From positions 2,232,001 through 2,296,000 of the forward strand of contig JBBPEB010000015.1 of the NCBI GenBank assembly GCA_039096225.1: a stretch of 64,000 nt of DNA. Reading direction: 5' to 3'. Below, piece after piece: positions 55,748 to 64,000 of this stretch (position 1 is the stretch's first letter; each line of letters opens with the position of its first letter). This DNA is from Blastocystis sp. Blastoise. Lineage: Eukaryota; Protista; Bigyra: Opalinata. The notes beneath the pieces are model-generated. The model saw only the letters and a program-made list of their open reading frames with translations, was not told where the DNA came from and did no database searches. Made by a program: the position numbers and the translations under genes.

Positions 55748-56825
55748 GGCTCTCTCTGTAAATGATCCTATCAATAGAATTCAAGCTGTAAAGAAATCAG
55801 TATATATATAGTTATATAATAAAAAATATATATATATACATAGATTGAACTTCTTCCTGATATGAGTCGATGGGCTATTGCTTATATATGCTTATTTGTA
55901 TATATTTATAAATAATAATAATAACAACAACATGATAATAATAATATTTTAATTATCCAGATCCATTGTTCTGCTGCCTCACACGTGTCACTCCTCAATC
56001 TCCTCGTGCCTGCCATAACGTCTCTAGACACAAAAATGGCTCCTCAATTATATAATCAACATGTATATATATATATATAAATATATATATAATCAATAAA
56101 TACTCTATAGATCTTGCTCTATGTATCTATCGTATCTACTCTTACAGAAGACGTTCATATTTATTTCCCTCCTTCGTCCTTATATATTGACTATATATCA
56201 AATCAACAATATCTTTATCCATCTCTTCAACATATACAAAATAATTCTCCTATTAATAAACATACTGTTATTCCCGCGGTTATGACTAATTCTACTAATG
56301 AAATGAATGTGAATACAACTATTTATGACGCATCTCTTCCTCGTGACAAACAGGGGGATCTAAATACCGAAATAAATAACAAAGAGCCAAACTCAACGGA
56401 TATTGCAGAAAATTCTTCTATTCATTCATTATCTCATTCTATAGAAGAAACAAAAGATATGAATAATCATGGGGAACAAGACGAATCTTCTTTTAATAAC
56501 ACCATTAATGATCCTTCTATATCTTTATCTATAGATACACATAATAGTATTACTTCTTCTCCTCTTGTACTTTCGACACCTCCTTCAATTTCCTCTTTCT
56601 CTCCACATTCTCAACATCATTCAGATAATACTCCATATTTACCTACTATAACCACGGGAATCAATGAATTTGAAGTGAATACATATGATACTACAATAAA
56701 TTCTTCTATTTCGATTTCTAAAGAAGAAAAAGAGAATATATATATTGATAATATATCTAGGAATAGCGTACAAACTGATAGTGTTCCAAATGATATAGCT
56801 AATGACATTAATGATAATAATGCTG

Positions 56826-56880
<55 letters not shown>

Positions 56881-58009
56881 TAATAGAAATTCTATAAATG
56901 AAGCTTATGTTTCTATTCATAAAGAAACTAGTCTATCTGGTGAGAATAAAGATATGAATATCAAAAATTATGTTATTGACTCTGTATCTAGTGATATTAC
57001 AAGTGATGATATTATTAATAATAATGTTGATAATTCTGATACTATTAATAATGATACTAATTCAAGTATAAATACCATACCTAGTTCTAGTATAACGTGT
57101 AATATTCCAAGAAATCCTGAGCTTTCTATTTCTCTTTCTACCATCTTACCAACAACTATTAATACATCTATAAATGAAAATGAACAGCAACCAATTGCTT
57201 CTATTCCTAATGAAAATAATAATAATTTGATTAATAATAAAGAAGATAATAATAATAATTTGATTGATAATAAAGAAGATAATACTAATAATAATACATT
57301 CATTTCTCCTCAAACCTCTTCTATCCCTCCTGTTCTCCCTCGTCCTCTTCGTACACTCCCGAAAATCCCGCCACCTCATCTCCCGCGCCCTAAAACTACA
57401 TCTGTTCAATCTATTAATCAATCCATTATGCCTATATCAAATAATAATAATAATAATAATACTAAATCACCCTCTATAACAAAATCTCTTCCTCCTCCTC
57501 TTCCTCCAAAACATGTTGCTTCTCTTCCTACTCCAACTAATAATACTTCTATGAATACAATAAACAAATCATCTACTATATCATCTATTTCTCCTTCTAT
57601 TCAACATCATTCTACTTCATTAACACCTTCATTATTACCTCCTCCTCCTCCTCCTCCTCCAAAATCTATTAATTCTGATGATACTCCTTCTACTTATAAT
57701 CCTAATTATGTATTCCGTTATCCTTCTTTCTTTAGTTATTCTCAAAGTGATTATCCTCTTCCTTCTCATTGGATACCCGTTCAACCAATTGTTAATAATC
57801 TATATCCACATAATGAAATGATATGTACTTTTGATTTCTCTCTCTCTTTCCAACAAATACATGAATCTGCCCTCCAACCTATACCGCCAAATCATTTTGA
57901 AACATGTACTAAATGTAATCCATGGCTTTTAGTTCCTTCTGCTGATTCTAAACCTATTAATATATATACAATCAAGAAAACTTCTTCAGGTATAGACACA
58001 TTTATGTAA
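53620..58009 (+). CDS. Protein with possible N-terminal PDZ-like segment, degenerate RhoGAP-like domain and long Ser/Asn/Pro-rich tail, multi-exon
   Basis: GSILLSVNGVN (PDZ-like); LLLLTYMTQPVLP...RIQAVKKSIELLPDMSRWAIAYICLF (RhoGAP-like helices); ~630-aa last exon with poly-Pro. Confidence 0.55.
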
Positions 58010-59100
58010 TATAAGTCAAAATATTCAAATATATATATATATATATTTTGCTAGTTATTATAGTTATCAAATATTTATTTTATATGTAAATATGTTATCA
58101 TTATTCTTCTTTATTTCCATATATTGTTATTAATATGAATATTTAGTTCGTATATAATTATTTTTTATTTGATGGATATATCATTTTTTCTTCATTATTT
58201 TTTTCTATACTAAATACTTTGTTTATTACTTTTTAAAGAATATATTCATATTCATATTTTATTTTTATTATTTCAAAATCAACTATTTATTATCATAATA
58301 TCCATTCATTTTATTATCTTCTATTTATATAAAGCTCTGTTTTTTTAAATATATATTATATTACAGATTATTTATTATATATATATTTGTTTGTTTTTAT
58401 TGTTCTCCTGAGTATTTAAAGTATAGTATAACATTATTTTTGTTGATAGCAACTAAATATATATTCAAGTGAATACATTTTTGGAAACATTATTTGTATG
58501 AAAACACTATACAATTGATAAGAGTATAAATAGTTCATTCAATGAATAATTTCATCACTAAGATCTTTTATTGAAGAGTAATTTATGGTATAATAGAAAC
58601 ATATATATAAGTGAACTCTTAATCCATTTTTTATTGTTTTTACATTTTATTATTATTTGAAATAGATAATACTATCTCATATATAATAAGAATAAATAAA
58701 ATAAATCTTGTACAATAATTTTATTTTACAAATAAACAATTAAAAAATCTCTTTATATATGTAGATGTGTAAATATTTTTAAAATTTATAGATCTTCTTT
58801 TTATGATTCAATACTATTCTTTGTAATTGGCATTCTACCAAGGAATTCTATTCAAATATAACTTCATAATCAAAACTTAACTTTCATTATTCGAAAATTG
58901 TAATATAATGTATAAAAAAGATAAAAATTGATAATCTTATTTATAAGAATAATTAAAAAATAAGGTAATATAATATATAATAATAATAAATCAAAATAAT
59001 ATTCATCAAAATAAGAATTATTTACATATATATGAATATATCTAGTGAAACAAAATATGAATATTATTTAGAAGAAATACATTTATAATCATGAATAAGA

Positions 59101-62100
59101 TTATAGTGAAGACCTTTCTTGATATTCTATATTCAGATTCGGATTATATAATTTTTTATAATTAGCAAGTTGAGATGAACATAGGATAAAGCCTATATAA
59201 ATAGCTCTTATATATATATATATATATATATATATACAAGAAGAAGACAATATTAGATTTCTTAAATAAATAAAATGACCATTTGCAATTAAATCAATTA
59301 TTTTTGAGGTATATGATTTATTTTGTATAACTATATGATTTTATAAAACACAAAATGTTTTTATTTTTATATACATACATATATTGAAGCTAATAATATT
59401 CATGCAGTAATCTTTTTGTAACTCATTATATATATATTCATAATATAAATTATTCTCTTCTTGGTCATAAAAAATTAAATCGGAATCCAATATTATTTTA
59501 GTAATAGGTTTTTTTAAATAAAAAGAAAAAGAAGGAAAAAATTCAAATACATTATAGCATATAGATTCATCTATATAAATATATTCTTAATGAGTAGAAT
59601 TAAATTTATATATATATATACATATATATATACTCTCAAATAAAAAAATAGTAAAATTATCAAGAAATGGAAGAGAAAGAGAAAGAGAAGAATTAAATTT
59701 AAATAATTCTATAAACTCAAGGAAATTCGACAATCTAAAACAATCTATATATATATATATAATATTTTTATTAGTCATTATGTTACCTTTATAATAGAAA
59801 GTTAGTGATTTCAATTTACTCAATTTATTTTGTTTTAACAAATGTATTAAACTGGTTGATATCTTTATTCTATTGTTATCGTCTATGAATATCTTTAACC
59901 TAATTTATAAAAGAATATATATACCTAATGAAAGGGATAATTGTTGAATATTTGACCATAAAGAAAGATTAAAACATTGTTCTGTTAAAAACAAATAATT
60001 TGTAAAAAAGAAGTCTGTATAAAAGGATAATATTGAATATGAATGTATTGAACAGAAATTAAATACTAATAATTATATATTTATACTTCTTAAGTAGAAT
60101 TCTGTAATATTTTCTGAGAATAAAGAGAAGAATTTATATAATAATTGATTTATTTTACATCTATCTGAATCCTTCAGTTTTTTAAATATTCTTTCAATTT
60201 CAGGACAAGGACCTATGGAATATATAAATTATTGTTTATATTATAGAATAATGTTAATTGAATATATATATATATATATATAATTAATCATACAAATAGA
60301 TAAATGTGTAACAGTTTTATAATTTCCATTACATAAAAAAGATAAAGAGTTATATATATAATCATAATCATATTCTTCATTATCATCATCATTATTATAT
60401 TCATCATTATCATATTCATTATCATATTCGTGATCATCATATTCATTATCATATTCATTATCATCATTATTATATTCATCATTATAGCCATAATCATTAT
60501 TATCATTATTGTCAACTAATATATATATAATGTAATTTATAGAATCATATAATTATAAATAATAAATAAAAATACAACAAATAGAAAGTTCTTTTAATTC
60601 CGAATAATTCATTCTTTTATATGTATTTTTAAAGCTACTTAACATTTTATAATATGTACTGTCAATATCTATAGTTTTAATAAAATAATAATTATATAGG
60701 TATATACTAACTGATAGTGACTTAAAAGGGTATATACTTAAATCAAGTGAAGAATTATCATAATGTGTATATATAGCAGATGCTATATAAAATAGTATTA
60801 TCCATGAAAAATGTATATATACCTATATAATCAATATTATGAATTCTTAATAATTCATTATTATATAATTGTTTCCATATTTTATTAAAATTATGAACTT
60901 TTATATCAACTATATACATAAATACATATATATATAAATGGAATACCCTTAAAAGTAAAATTGTGTTGTTTTTTTGATATTATAAGATTATCAAGAATAG
61001 TTTTTATTTTTGGAAATTTTGTAAAATAAGAATTGTTTCCTGGTTGAATTATATCTATTAATTGTAATAAAGATATCGGTACTAATACATCCATATCAGA
61101 AAGAAGAGAATCATTAAGAATAGAATATTCATCAAAAGCTAATAAATTATATATATGTAACTTGGGGAAACGATCTCTTGTAATTAATGATAATATTTCT
61201 CTTATTAAATCTTTGTTAGAATTTAACATTACAAACGCTATATATATAAATATAGCATTATGTATATACATGTATATACAATTTATTTGTAAAGTAGTGA
61301 CGTTTGGAAATACATGAGTAGTAATAATATGCTTAAATAATTGTATATATTCAGGATACATATCTTGATGAATAACTATATAATTAGTAATATTTATATT
61401 AAAAAATAATAAATAATTGAATACATTGAGAGAAATCAAATATTTTTAAAGAAGCATATAATGAATCCTTTAATAATAATAATAACGGAGGAATTTCTAA
61501 TTGCAACATAAATTGTGGTTTATCAGCTATATATATTTATATATAATCAGTTATATATATATACATATATATAATCAGTAATATATATACATATATATAC
61601 AGCTTTTATAAAAATATTTTATTTGTTTACATATAGGCAAAGATACAAAATAATTAAATACGTCTTTATTTATTGTTTCATTAATATTTCTTTATATATA
61701 TAAATTGATAACACATCATAATATTAATAAATTTTCAAATATTTTAGTATATAGATATGAATATATACTCTACTATTGGATGCTGTTTATCTATTACTAT
61801 ATAAATATCAATTATTATCACTCACATAAATCTATATATATATATATATATATACTTCCATCATGTATATATGAAAAATTAAACTCAGTTATAGCTTTTT
61901 GATCGTTTATACAAAAATCATGTTTATTTTTCCCTATCATTTCTTCAGTATAATTACGGGAATAATCACATAAAGGATCTATATATAAATCAGGTCTCTT
62001 TTCTTCTTTTTCATTTTTAATTTCTTCATCAATATCTATATCTATAAATTCCTCATGAATATCTTTGATGTTAAGTGTTCTATTATGTTTATTATTTATT

Positions 62101-63103
62101 ATAGGATCTACACTAATTGAATTATATTTCAATATATTTTGTTCTATCTCTGGATGTTTCAGAGAATAAACTCTATAAGCATAAGGGTAATATTCTTTAT
62201 AGTACTGACGTTTATATTCCTTATATAATGTTATATAATGAGTATCAGTTGATTTCACTTGTAGAAATTTTATTTCTGGATAATATGTAACTATATATAT
62301 ATATTCTATATTTGTTAATAGAATATACCTTGTATAATATAGTTTTTTATTTTAGGAAATAGTTCATGTAAATTAGAAGGATATATATATTCATAAGGAA
62401 TATCTGAAGAGAAATTATCTAAATAAAATTATATATATATATTTATATATTTACATACATTTTAAACAAACTTCGTAAACATTAAAATATTCAAACAGAC
62501 AAGAATATTGAAGAAATAATTTATTTCTTTCCTCAGTAAAAATTTCTAATACATATATATATATTGAATAAACCATAAATATAAATACCCTGTATAGTCA
62601 TAATAAAACAGTTATCTTCTGAATGTAATATCTTTGAATCTCTATATATATTTCCAAAAATTTATAATAATTAATATATACAGTTCGCAATTATTTTCTT
62701 CAATAAATGTTTTGAGTGATTCCACTAAGAAATCATCAATTTTCAAATGATATTCAGTGAAATCATCCCCCAAAAAATATTTTATAGTTTTATCTACATC
62801 GATAAGTTCCCGAAATGAGAATGAATCAAGAGGAACTAAATTATTAAAAATTTCTACCACTTTGTCGATAAATAATGATGGAGAATCAATGTAATAAGCT
62901 TCGACATCTTCAAGATAATTAGCAGGACTCTTGTATGCCAATAATAATAATGAATTCGGTAAATTCTCAAAAAAAGACAAAGGAATACTTATTCTCTTTT
63001 CATCTTGGAAGACAAAGTTTATGTGTGGTATGTTGCTACTATTGATTTGTATTGATTTCTGATTATTCTCTTTTGATTCTAAAACATCCAGTTCTTCAGA
63101 CAT
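59101..63103 (-). CDS. Lineage-specific family protein (N-terminal BTB/POZ-like region followed by degenerate FPxL LRR-like repeats), multi-exon
   Basis: FVFQDEKRISIPLSF..NLPNSLL...AYYIDSP; repeated FPNVTTL/FPKLH/LSKLKSL motifs; 3' end approximate. Confidence 0.5.
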
Positions 63104-63369
63104 TCTCTCATGTACTCTAATTAAGGTATTGGATTGTAAAAATGTTTACGATACATATAATCAGATTATCACTTGTGTTTTGCTATTTTTGAAATAAAAA
63201 AAAAACAACTAGAGAAACAAGTTTTACTTTTTCTTATTTACAGTGGTTTATCAGAATTAGAATATAGTGTATCCACTTTCAAAGTATATATTAACTATTT
63301 ATTTTAAAATATTTTTACAAAAAGTATAATAATATATGATTACCGTGTCATTATAGTTGAATTCAAGTG

Positions 63370-64000
63370 ATGTCAACAAGTGATTTTCTGTTAACTGAAG
63401 ATAAATGTATTTGAATATTATTAAGAAATATTTATTTGGTTTTTTAGATTTATTTACATTTCAAGAAGAGACGAAATTATGGATTTCTAGAGAATTTATT
63501 GAGAAATATAAACAATTTCCCTTTTACGATATTATAAAACACTCTGATAAATATGAGGATGGTACTTATTATATAGATATACCTTCTTCTCCTATGGAAA
63601 AAGTGATTGATTTTTTTATGGATGATAATCAAGATATTTTTACTTTAAATCTACGAGATAGTTATGATATGTATACGACTCTTCTTAATTATTCGGTTGT
63701 AATTGATAATGAGAAACAGGATGATTTATTATTTCATATTAAAGAATTATTTATAGAATATTTAAAAGAAAATAATTATAATATAAATGGATATTCTATT
63801 AAAGATATTCAATCATATCTGCCTATGAATTTATTTAATGATGATTGGAAACAAATATCTATAAAAGGTAGTTCTATTTTATGAATTATATAAATATATA
63901 TATATAGGATTATTTACACCTCAACGAATAAGTGAATTCTTATATTATTCTCTTCTATTTAAAATGATGAATATTACTGATGTTTATATTGAATGTATAT
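63370..64000 (+). CDS. Second member of the same BTB-like family (truncated by window end)
   Basis: ATG at 63370, short intron, then YLFTFQEETKLWISREF...YYIDIPSSPMEKVIDF, which aligns by eye with the N-terminus of the 63103 minus-strand gene. Confidence 0.55.

Overview
This is eukaryotic nuclear DNA: very AT-rich, gene-dense and intron-rich, using the standard genetic code. The gene content, the short 5' introns and occasional TGTTTGTT motifs downstream of stops suggest an anaerobic gut stramenopile of the Blastocystis type (inference, not verified). Splicing by eye gives about 24 protein genes: COPI-associated/TVP15-like, intronless bacterial-type GNAT, intronless MFS, PPIP5K/VIP1, PAP2 phosphatase, TBC1D20-like, SURF6, HAD/PGP, a hypothetical, GlpT-like MFS, CCT4, RtcB, FrnE/DsbA, PIG-Y, HMG-box, Rab, CCDC6-like, TPT-family transporter, adenylate kinase, GTDC1/QTMAN, TUG/PUB/UBX, RhoGAP-like, and two divergent paralogues of a lineage-specific family. 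There is also a tRNA-Leu(CAG) and an intronic box C/D snoRNA complementary to U6 snRNA. The most striking signals concern splicing. (i) Intron ends are extended into self-complementary (TA)n arms, and one intron is purely G(TA)32G. (ii) Intron length and microsatellite content appear to rise from 5' to 3' within genes. (iii) Two introns are AT-AG, one splitting the catalytic RHGDR Arg codon of PPIP5K. (iv) The snoRNA-hosting adenylate kinase intron has no GT/AG and is bounded by a 10-bp direct repeat; this may be real or an RNA-read polishing artefact. Most short ORFs in the supplied track are intron read-through or microsatellite artefacts. Gene coordinates are start codon to stop codon including introns.
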